A DNA stretch of 64,000 bases, taken from the UHGV virus genome UHGV-0468246. One strand, written 5' to 3'. Shown in pieces: positions 56,978-64,000 of this stretch (within the stretch, counting starts at the first letter, position 1; every line of letters begins with the position of its first letter). This DNA comes from a virus. The notes beneath the pieces were generated by a model, which was given only the letters and a program-made list of their open reading frames with translations, was not told the origin of the DNA and did not search any database. The translations under genes and the position numbers were made by a program.

Positions 56978-58096
56978 CTAGATGGCGACGTAGCCCTTTT
57001 CGTCGATCATGGCGTAGAACTCCTGCACCGGGAGCCACTTGGCGGCACCCTCGTTGAACATGGAGGCAGCGCTGGCGGTGTCTGCGTACTGCACCATGCC
57101 CTCGCCCTTCGCCATGACCTCTATCACGTTGCCGTCGTCGCCTTGGTACTGGCTCCCCTCGACGGCAACGTCGGCGTACACGTCGTGGCGGGCGCTCCTG
57201 ATGATGTCGCCGCGCTCGATCTGCCCGACGAGGGCGGCTGCGGTCGCGGTGAACAGCGCGCCGCTGTCGAGCTGCACGCCGCTCACGGAGTTGCCGGAGA
57301 CGGACGCTATGCGCATCTTGGAACCGGTGTGGGCCGACGCGTACACGTCGCCCTCGGCGATGCCTATGTAGCGGTCGTACCACGTCTGGCAGTGGTCTAG
57401 CGCCTCCGCGTACCCCTGCGCCGAACCGCTCGACACCTCGATGCCCTCCAACGTCACGCACCACGACACCCCGTCAAGCCCGAACGAGATGTGCGATTCT
57501 ATGCCGGGGCTGAACTCCATCGTGTCGGTCACCGGCTCGACGGCCATCGTGCCCATCGAATGGTCTACCGAGAAGGACGTTCCGCACTCGTTGCACATGA
57601 AGGTGTCTGCGGGAGCGTCCTCGTACACCATGGTGGTGTTGGCGGAGGAGCACATGGGGCAGCACGTCGGGTCTTGCGGCCCCATGAGGTATTCGATGCT
57701 GCCGATGTCCCCTGCGGTGACGTAGCGCCCCGCCACGTCCATCTGGGAGGCGTAGAGCCTAGATGCGAGCGTGGACGGGCGCTTCGCGAGCGCGCTGAAC
57801 CGGTACTTCCTGCCGTCCTTCAGGGCGTAGCGCTCGTCCGCCTCCTCGAACACAGCGTCGAGGTCGGCGAAGTCCTCCTCCGTCGCCTGAACGATCTCCA
57901 AATCGTCGTCGAAGACGACCTCCGGCTCCGTGAACGGTGCCACAAGCTCCTCGATCTCGTCGCGGCACAGAAGCCGTTCGTACTCCACGATGGCATCGGA
58001 TATGGCCTCGCGGGCCTCGGCCTCGGCCTCGTCCATCGTGTACACGTCCTCCACGCCTTCGGCGACCTGCGCGAGAACGTCTTGCCTGTGTCCCAT
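56978..58096 (-). CDS. hypothetical protein with Zn-ribbon (CCPMC...CNEC), acidic N-terminus
   Basis: GAAGGAG RBS. A TGcTAAAAT extended -10 and the palindromic motif lie upstream. Confidence 0.45.
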   Translation of the reverse strand: MGHRQDVLAQVAEGVEDVYTMDEAEAEAREAISDAIVEYERLLCRDEIEELVAPFTEPEVVFDDDLEIVQATEEDFADLDAVFEEADERYALKDGRKYRFSALAKRPSTLASRLYASQMDVAGRYVTAGDIGSIEYLMGPQDPTCCPMCSSANTTMVYEDAPADTFMCNECGTSFSVDHSMGTMAVEPVTDTMEFSPGIESHISFGLDGVSWCVTLEGIEVSSGSAQGYAEALDHCQTWYDRYIGIAEGDVYASAHTGSKMRIASVSGNSVSGVQLDSGALFTATAAALVGQIERGDIIRSARHDVYADVAVEGSQYQGDDGNVIEVMAKGEGMVQYADTASAASMFNEGAAKWLPVQEFYAMIDEKGYVAI

Positions 58097-58175
58097 AATC
58101 ACTGCTCCTTCATGCGCATGCGGGTTCTGCTTGAGATTTTAGCAGCAAAAGAAAAGCGGCGCACCCCAGTAGGCC

Positions 58176-58193
58176 CTCGATTAAATAATCGAG
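58176..58193. promoter_or_regulatory. near-palindromic motif CTCGATTAAATAATCGAG (copy 5), in the loop of a larger GC-rich inverted repeat followed by a T-rich tract
   Basis: Read directly. The flanks GCGGCGCACCCC and GGGGCGCGCCGC pair. On the minus strand the structure is followed by TTTTCTTTT and then TGcTAAAAT. Confidence 0.45.
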
Positions 58194-58224
58194 CCTGCGG
58201 GGCGCGCCGCCTCGTCCCTCGGAA

Positions 58225-58482
58225 TCAGTCCAAGTAGCGCAGGTCTGAAAGCGCCTGCCGCACGTCCATGTCCGGGCACGCCTTCAGTATCGCGAGAACG
58301 CCGGGCACCTCGTACTCGCGCACGCTCACCATCTCGCGCTCGCCGTGGACGTGCTGCATGTGCTCCTGAAACGTGACGCGCAGAAGCCCGTCGCGCGTGA
58401 TCTCGCCGGGTCGCTCCGGCTTCACCCAGTAGGCGTTCTCGCCGTCCTGCTTCGCATATTCGACGCTCGTAGCCATCTCCAT
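58225..58482 (-). CDS. hypothetical small protein (85 aa)
   Basis: Minus-strand ORF with protein-like composition. Its stop at 58225 is followed by the copy-5 motif at 58176-58193. Confidence 0.35.
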   Translation of the reverse strand: MEMATSVEYAKQDGENAYWVKPERPGEITRDGLLRVTFQEHMQHVHGEREMVSVREYEVPGVLAILKACPDMDVRQALSDLRYLD

Positions 58483-58494
58483 CTCCTTCTCGCT

Positions 58495-59028
58495 CTACTG
58501 CAAATACGGGTTGAGGTCTATTTCGCGACCGCTTCCGAGGTCGTATATCGCCTCCTCGAAGCGGGACACTCCGACCTCGATTGCCTCCTGCTCGTCGGAG
58601 AACACGTTGGACACGTCGAACACGACCTGCCCGCGGTCGTTCACCCAGAAGCCGACCACAACGTCGCCTCCCGACATCAGGCGGCGCGCCTCCTCGTCCA
58701 TAAGCTCCACGACGGCGCGCAGGTCTTGCTCGTCCTCGATGTCGTCGCGCGACACGGCGAACTCCTCGGCGCGCCGGAAGCCGCCTTCGTAGCCTCCGAC
58801 GACGTAGCCGCGCACGGCGCGCTGGCCGTCGAGGTAGTAGGAGCCTCCCGGCTCCCCGCGCTCGATGTCCTCGAATATGCTCTCCATGAGCGCGTCGGAG
58901 AAGGCGACCTTCTTGGCGGACGCGCTCCTGCGCATCGCCGTGATGGCGCTCCTCCCGACCTCGCGCACGACGGACGCACCGGCCTCGACGCGGCGCTGCC
59001 TGTAGTTCGCGTACTCAATCCAACCCAT
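58495..59028 (-). CDS. hypothetical protein (about 177 aa from MGWIEYANY)
   Basis: Internal start chosen because the track N-extension is Arg-rich junk. Confidence 0.35.
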   Translation of the reverse strand: MGWIEYANYRQRRVEAGASVVREVGRSAITAMRRSASAKKVAFSDALMESIFEDIERGEPGGSYYLDGQRAVRGYVVGGYEGGFRRAEEFAVSRDDIEDEQDLRAVVELMDEEARRLMSGGDVVVGFWVNDRGQVVFDVSNVFSDEQEAIEVGVSRFEEAIYDLGSGREIDLNPYLQ

Positions 59029-59042
59029 CGCTTCGTTCCTTT

Positions 59043-59273
59043 CTACGGCTGCATGTCCTCGAACGCCCGCTGCACGACCGCGTGAGCGTCGGCGTAGCCT
59101 TCGAGGTATCCCATCATATACGCCCTGTCGTCCACGGAGAACGATTCTAAGGTGCGTTTTAGCTGCTCCTCGACATCCGCATCGACGGAGCCTAGAACTA
59201 GGTCTAAGATCGTCTCCTTGTCCTCTTGGCTGACGCTCACCGCTTGTTCCACCTTCTCTCCGCAACGGCCCAA
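59043..59273 (-). CDS. hypothetical small acidic protein (76 aa)
   Basis: Minus-strand ORF with protein-like, acidic composition, lying between the homing endonuclease gene and 58495..59028. Confidence 0.35.
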   Translation of the reverse strand: MGRCGEKVEQAVSVSQEDKETILDLVLGSVDADVEEQLKRTLESFSVDDRAYMMGYLEGYADAHAVVQRAFEDMQP

Positions 59274-60121
59274 TGGTATCCTCCTGCCGACTGCCTGCGT
59301 CCTTTGAGGCAGTCGCCTATGTTGTGCGGTTTCTTGATTCCCTTCGCCTTCGCTGCATCCGATATGCAGGGAAAGCTCTCACCCGTTTCGACGCATACGA
59401 CGGGCACGCCCTGCTTGCAGTTCGCCTTGCGCGTCGAGAGAACCCTTTCGCGATACTCCGGGTCTTCCCATCTTGCGATAAGACGCTCCGATGCAAGCCT
59501 GCGCTCTTCCTCGCGCTGGAAGCGCTTATGATTGCCCTCGGATATTGCCGCGCTTATTGCCGCCTTTTCCTCTGGCGTTCTGTTCGAGGCGCGACGTTTC
59601 GCTGATGCTGATATTTTCTTCCTTACATCGTCAGGACGTTTCTTGCCGATATGAGTAGCAAGAAGCGCAGCGCGCGTGTTCGGGTGCATCGGCATACTGT
59701 GCTTGCCACGGCTCTTCATGCCGATCTTCGCGTAGCGGTCGGGAGAACTCATGGCGTGCCCGCGCTTCGATGCGGCGCTCAACTTCGCCCTAGTCTCCTC
59801 CGACACGACGTATTCCCTCTCTTGGCTCGCCACTAGGTTGTAGCCGTTCGGGGACAAGGTGCCGTACTCGATGATCTTCTCCGTTTCCAACGCGCAAAGC
59901 TCTTCGACGGGAACGCCCTCGGCAATCGTCTCGACGGTGAACGAATCTGCGCCGTACTTCGCTATGGCGCGGTCTATGGCGCTGTTGTTCGTGATTCCGT
60001 GCAGGGCGCAGTAGCAGTGATCGTACCAGCGCTCCTTCACCGTCCTGATCGTCTGGCCTACGTACTGCTTGCCGTTGGCATTGTTCGTCGCCAAGTATAT
60101 GCTTCCTACCTTTTCAGCCAT
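59237..60121 (-). CDS. GIY-YIG homing endonuclease with NUMOD3-like repeats
   Basis: Real start MAEKVGSIYLATNNANGKQYVGQT (GIY-YIG block). Repeated E..RAK.SAA motifs. C-terminal GGYHW. Codon usage is AT-richer than the neighbours (ATA, AAT). Confidence 0.6.
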   Translation of the reverse strand: MAEKVGSIYLATNNANGKQYVGQTIRTVKERWYDHCYCALHGITNNSAIDRAIAKYGADSFTVETIAEGVPVEELCALETEKIIEYGTLSPNGYNLVASQEREYVVSEETRAKLSAASKRGHAMSSPDRYAKIGMKSRGKHSMPMHPNTRAALLATHIGKKRPDDVRKKISASAKRRASNRTPEEKAAISAAISEGNHKRFQREEERRLASERLIARWEDPEYRERVLSTRKANCKQGVPVVCVETGESFPCISDAAKAKGIKKPHNIGDCLKGRRQSAGGYHWAVAERRWNKR

Positions 60122-60639
60122 CGTCTCTCCATGTAAGGCAGAAATAAAATTTTCCTTCCCTCCGACCCCCAAGAAGCGCTCTGGCGCGGCTGGTAGTACG
60201 TGTAGGTGTCCACGACGTAGCGCACGATCTCCTCGCCCGTCGAAGGCTCGTTGAAGTAGAGCCACAGCTTCAGCGTGAACTTCAGGCTCTGGTTGTACTG
60301 AACCTGCGTCCCACGGTAGCCCGCGTCCCAGTCGGTCGCCGCCTCCTGCTTCTCGTGGTAAGCGTCCTGCCAGTACGGGTAGACCAGCGCGCTCGGGTAC
60401 GTCCAGAACTCGACCGCAGCGCCCGCCTCTTCCGGCTTCGCCGGGTCGTAGTCCTTAACGTCGTTGCGCCATATCTGCGCCATGCCGAACTTGGGCGCTC
60501 CGCACCGGTCGAGGATTTCCTGCGCGTCACCGGCGACGGGGACAGGCTCGTCCCACACCAGCTTGCACATGGTCGTCTGCTCGATCTGCTGCACGGCCAT
60601 GCCAGCGCTGAAGTCGCCGAGCGATCGCTTGTCGAACAT
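60106..60639 (-). CDS. hypothetical protein (about 177 aa from MFDKRS)
   Basis: AAGGCAGG RBS before the internal ATG. The track N-extension is Arg-rich junk. Confidence 0.35.
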   Translation of the reverse strand: MFDKRSLGDFSAGMAVQQIEQTTMCKLVWDEPVPVAGDAQEILDRCGAPKFGMAQIWRNDVKDYDPAKPEEAGAAVEFWTYPSALVYPYWQDAYHEKQEAATDWDAGYRGTQVQYNQSLKFTLKLWLYFNEPSTGEEIVRYVVDTYTYYQPRQSASWGSEGRKILFLPYMERRWLKR

Positions 60640-60641
60640 CG

Positions 60642-60971
60642 TCACACCTGCCTTACGCATTCCATGGTCAAATCTCCGGGCCTGCTCTCGCGAAGGTACG
60701 CCGCCGTCCCGCACAGGGGGTAGTCGTCGCAGGCTAGGCAGCATTGTCTCACGTCTTGCTCGCCGAAGATATTCACTTTGCCGTCGCCGCACTCGCGCAT
60801 GACCGACCAGCACGATTCGCACCACGTCATGCTCCTGCGCTCGCCGAACTCCGACACGTGCCTGCGGTGTATGTCGGAGCCTTTCGGCAGGAGCCTCCCG
60901 CATCCGTCGCACGGGCGTTCCTTGCGCAGCCTCGTCAGCTTCGGGTTCCCGGTGTCGATCATCGCGCACAT
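60642..60971 (-). CDS. small Zn-ribbon protein (about 109 aa from MCAMIDTG)
   Basis: Contains CDGCG...CESC...CLAC cysteine pairs. Confidence 0.35.
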   Translation of the reverse strand: MCAMIDTGNPKLTRLRKERPCDGCGRLLPKGSDIHRRHVSEFGERRSMTWCESCWSVMRECGDGKVNIFGEQDVRQCCLACDDYPLCGTAAYLRESRPGDLTMECVRQV

Positions 60972-61147
60972 TCCGCCGCCCCGTTCTCCGGGCATTCCGC
61001 GCAGTCGCGCCAAGGCGACACGTGGCCGCCCTTCAGCGCGCAGGTGTAGCTGACCGTCTCGACCGCCCTGCCGGGCCGATGGCCGTGCTCGGCGTAGTGC
61101 TCGCACTCCACCTCGACCCTCTCGAACGAGGAGCCTATTTCTTCCAC
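60959..61147 (-). CDS. small Cys/His-rich protein (62 aa)
   Basis: GTG start with GGAGGAGGAGG RBS. Not Arg-rich. Confidence 0.3.
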   Translation of the reverse strand: MEEIGSSFERVEVECEHYAEHGHRPGRAVETVSYTCALKGGHVSPWRDCAECPENGAAECAR

Positions 61148-62358
61148 GGCGGCACCGCCTCCTCCTCCGCCTTGAAGTTGTACACCGGTCGCATGACCTG
61201 CACAACGTCCACCGTGTCGGCCACGCTCTCGATTATTTTATCGGCATCCTTGTACGCGCCGGGTGCCTCGTCGAGCGTCGAGGAGCCTATGCACGAAGAC
61301 CAAACGCCGTCCATCTGCTCGCGGTAGTCCTTGACGCGGAGGCTCCGCTTCGCCTTCGCGCGGGACATCTTGCGCCCGGCCCCGTGCGGGGCAGACCAGT
61401 TGTAGTCCTCGTTGCCCTTCCCGATGCCGATGACGCAGCCCTTCGCCATGTTGAGCGGGATGATGACCTTCTGGCCCTCGTACGCCGCTATAGCGCCCTT
61501 GCGGATGATGCGGTTCGCCGTATCGACGTAGTTGTGCGTCGAGGAGACCATATCGTCCCAGCCGCCCCATCCCATGCCGGAAAATATCTCGCGCGCCATC
61601 GTCTCGCGGTTGGCCGACGCGTACATCTGGCAGAAGTCGCAGTCGTGAAGGTACTCTTCGAGCAGCCTGCCTTCGGCCCATGCCAGCTCCTTGCCGACCG
61701 AATGCTCGCGCTGTATGCCGTTCATCGTTTGCAGCACGTAGCCGATAAGCTCCTGCTTGCCGTCGGCCTTCAGGCGCTCTATGAAGCCCTCCTTCAGGTA
61801 CCCGGTCGATTGGATGCCGACGCGGGAAAGCTCCTCGTGCGCCGCCTTCTGGTACACGCCGCACACCTGCGAGCCGAGGTTGCGCGAGCCGGAATGGATG
61901 ACCAGCCACAGGTTGCCGTCCATGTCCTCGTCGATCTCGATGAAGTGGTTGCCGCCTCCGAGCGTCCCCACCGACCTCTTGATTCGGTCGAGGTCGTGCA
62001 GGCGGTCGATGCAGGCGAGGTCGTCCCATCCGAACCAGAAGTCCTGCTGCTCGTTTTCGCGCCAGCTCATGCCGGACGGTATGCGCTCGCGCACCACGTC
62101 GTCGAGCGTCTGGAAGTCCACGCGCCTCTTGCCCACGAGGTAGGCGTTCACGCCGCACGATATGTCAACGCCGACGACGTTGGGTATGACGGCATCGCCG
62201 AACGTTGACGTGAGGCCCACCACGCATCCGATGCCAGCGTGGGCATCGGGCATGACGCGTATGCGCTGCTCCTTGAACGGTCGGAGCGCTGCAAGCTCCT
62301 CGACCTGCCTGCGCGCCTCGTCCTCGATCTCCTCCGCGTAGATTTTAACGTCTTCCAT
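61135..62358 (-). CDS. rtcB: RtcB-family RNA 3'-phosphate ligase
   Basis: The conserved blocks PDAHAGIG, GGGNHF, HSGSRNLG and HGAGR are spread along the length. Real start MEDVKIYAEE. Contains the embedded motif variant encoding DKIIE. Confidence 0.7.
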   Translation of the reverse strand: MEDVKIYAEEIEDEARRQVEELAALRPFKEQRIRVMPDAHAGIGCVVGLTSTFGDAVIPNVVGVDISCGVNAYLVGKRRVDFQTLDDVVRERIPSGMSWRENEQQDFWFGWDDLACIDRLHDLDRIKRSVGTLGGGNHFIEIDEDMDGNLWLVIHSGSRNLGSQVCGVYQKAAHEELSRVGIQSTGYLKEGFIERLKADGKQELIGYVLQTMNGIQREHSVGKELAWAEGRLLEEYLHDCDFCQMYASANRETMAREIFSGMGWGGWDDMVSSTHNYVDTANRIIRKGAIAAYEGQKVIIPLNMAKGCVIGIGKGNEDYNWSAPHGAGRKMSRAKAKRSLRVKDYREQMDGVWSSCIGSSTLDEAPGAYKDADKIIESVADTVDVVQVMRPVYNFKAEEEAVPPWKK

Positions 62359-62360
62359 CT

Positions 62361-62741
62361 TCAGCCTTCCTCCTCGCAGTAATAGCGCCAGCGCTCCTCG
62401 ATGCACTCGACGCTGACGACCTTCGGCGACAGGCGGTAGTCCTCCATGTCATCCATGTAGGCGACCGCGAGCGGCCTCCTTCCGAAAAGCTCCTTCGACA
62501 TGACCGCCGTCAGCATGAGGCCGTACGGCACGCCGCCCTCCTTGCCGACGGCGTGCGAGCAGAACGCGTCGAGCAGCCGTTCAACGTCCCTCTTGAAGAA
62601 CGTCGCCTCCTCCATGGGCAGCGACATGCCGAACATCGGGGAGTACCCGGCTCCGGGCCTCGCCTCGACGCAGTACATGAACGCGAGGTCTCCCGTCTCC
62701 GTCGCCTGAAGCTCTACGCACGCGCGCAGCCTCCGCTCCAT
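62361..62741 (-). CDS. hypothetical protein (126 aa)
   Basis: GGAAGGAGG RBS. A TGgTAGACT extended -10 lies about 30 nt upstream. Confidence 0.4.
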   Translation of the reverse strand: MERRLRACVELQATETGDLAFMYCVEARPGAGYSPMFGMSLPMEEATFFKRDVERLLDAFCSHAVGKEGGVPYGLMLTAVMSKELFGRRPLAVAYMDDMEDYRLSPKVVSVECIEERWRYYCEEEG

Positions 62742-62799
62742 AAAGCCTCCTTCCAGAACCTTTGGGACAACAGTCTACCATGTAAGAGAAGAAATTAAA

Positions 62800-62843
62800 A
62801 GAAGAATTAAGAATAAAATGGAAACCCCCGCCGAAGCGGGGGT
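62800..62843 (-). terminator. rho-independent terminator (hairpin AACCCCCGC ttcg GCGGGGGTT followed by a long T-rich tract on the minus strand)
   Basis: Read directly. It lies downstream of the stop of 62855..63979. Confidence 0.55.
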
Positions 62844-62854
62844 TCCGGGAGGCC

Positions 62855-63979
62855 CTACGGCTCGATTATGAGAACCGCGTTCGCCGGTGCCGACGACGCG
62901 GCACCCACGTATATCTCCTTGGCCGTCGATGCCAAGGCGGTCGCCGTCACGGCGGTGACGTTGATCGAGATGTTGCCCGACAGGTCTCCGGAGCCGGAGC
63001 CTGTCGCGTTGCCGGTGAGCGAGAACGTCCGGGAAGCCGACAGCTTGCCAGCGCTCGTGGCGCTCGTGGCGGTGGTCGCGTTGCCCGACAGCGCGCCGTA
63101 GAACGTCGTGGCGTACATCGCCAAGAACTTGTTCGCGCTCGTGCCGACGGTCTTGGTGTTCGTGGCGGACGACAGGATGTTCCCAACGCCCGACATGTCG
63201 CCGGAGACGGCGGCGCTGCCGTCGAAGCTCTGCCCCCATAGGCCGCGCGCCGTGGCGAGCTTCGTTGCCGTCCCGGCGTTGCCGCTCACGGCGGTCTGCA
63301 CGGGGTGCACGTGGTCTTCCCTCGCCCACTTCGTCGCCGTGCCGACCGCCGCCGTGGCCGCGACCTTCGGAGCTGCGGTGCCAGCGTAGGGAACGCCGAC
63401 CGTCGTCCACGCCTCCGCGACCGTCGTGCCGCCGAAGCCGCCCTTCGACACCGCCACCGGGTTGATGAAGTCGGTTCCGCCGTTGGGCTGAACGTCTCCG
63501 ACCACCACGAACTGCGTGCCGTCGTACATGACGAGGTACGGCACGGAGAGCCTGAAGTAGCCAGCCGTCGGGACGGCCACCGGCGTGCCGGTCTGGGTGA
63601 AGCGGCGTATGTTCTTCGCACCGAGCGAGTTGATGTTGAGCGTCACGTCAACGCTCGCCGACGTGACCGACGGGACGATCACCAGCAAGCGCCCCTTCAG
63701 GCCCGCGAGCGTCGTTGCCCACGGAGGCCCGGAGAGCGTGCCCGTGTACGCCGACGACGTTCCAGCGAGCGTCACGACGGGCGCTGACATGCGACCGTCA
63801 ACCGTGTTGAGCGATATGAGGCCGTTCACGCTCGCTGACGCGACCGGTATGGCGGCAACCGTTTCCGAGACGATCTGGCGCTGGTCTGCGTCAGTCCAGT
63901 AGTCAACGCCGCGCACGGGCGTGTCGCCCTTCGGGATGCCGAACTCCAACTGCGCCGCGTTCGACGTTCCGGCGTTCAC
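62855..63979 (-). CDS. Ala/Gly/Thr-rich fibre-like protein (374 aa; start may lie beyond window)
   Basis: Repetitive G/A/T/S-rich sequence with NAGTATKLATARGLWGQSFDGSAAVSG-type fibre repeats. GTG start near the window edge. Confidence 0.45.
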   Translation of the reverse strand: MNAGTSNAAQLEFGIPKGDTPVRGVDYWTDADQRQIVSETVAAIPVASASVNGLISLNTVDGRMSAPVVTLAGTSSAYTGTLSGPPWATTLAGLKGRLLVIVPSVTSASVDVTLNINSLGAKNIRRFTQTGTPVAVPTAGYFRLSVPYLVMYDGTQFVVVGDVQPNGGTDFINPVAVSKGGFGGTTVAEAWTTVGVPYAGTAAPKVAATAAVGTATKWAREDHVHPVQTAVSGNAGTATKLATARGLWGQSFDGSAAVSGDMSGVGNILSSATNTKTVGTSANKFLAMYATTFYGALSGNATTATSATSAGKLSASRTFSLTGNATGSGSGDLSGNISINVTAVTATALASTAKEIYVGAASSAPANAVLIIEP

Positions 63980-64000
63980 GACGGTCGCTTGGCTCCCCGG

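Noticed and set aside
1-64000. Integrase, attL/attR, tRNA genes, CRISPR arrays
   Set aside because: None was recognisable by eye. I cannot tell whether this is a prophage or a free phage contig.

Overview
The 64-kb window is a visibly GC-rich phage or prophage genome segment. Almost every gene is on the minus strand, read from 64000 down to 1. Only one plus-strand gene (DUF192-like, 48477..48824) looks real. Gene order, highest to lowest coordinate: an Ala/Gly/Thr-rich fibre-like protein, an RtcB RNA ligase, a GIY-YIG homing endonuclease, small Zn-binding proteins, replication and regulatory genes, terminase, a portal candidate carrying an intein, a prohead-protease candidate carrying an intein, a large acidic protein with an ArdA-like segment, scaffold, decoration-like and major capsid genes, a terminator, head-completion genes, a third intein-bearing gene, tail sheath, tail tube, two tail chaperones joined by a -1 frameshift site, the tape measure protein, three paralogous tail-associated cell-wall hydrolases, a tandem array of ten small tail-collar-domain genes, and a baseplate block (gp25-like, J-like, and a large 3'-truncated gene at 1..3348 that the ORF track misses). 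Three things stand out and are reported as findings: (1) the collar-gene array is punctuated by 8-10-nt poly-G tracts, three of which leave the conserved C-terminal motif out of frame (phase variation or homopolymer sequencing error); (2) a near-palindromic motif CTCGATTAAATAATCGAG recurs at intergenic junctions, about 30-36 nt upstream of extended -10 promoters in three cases, and a TAA-free derivative is embedded three times in unrelated coding sequences; (3) a group of candidate ejected anti-defence proteins. No integrase, att site, tRNA, CRISPR array or reverse transcriptase was recognised. Most long plus-strand ORFs in the track are Arg/Ala/Ser-rich antisense artefacts of GC-rich DNA. All domain calls come from motif recognition by eye, without database searches.
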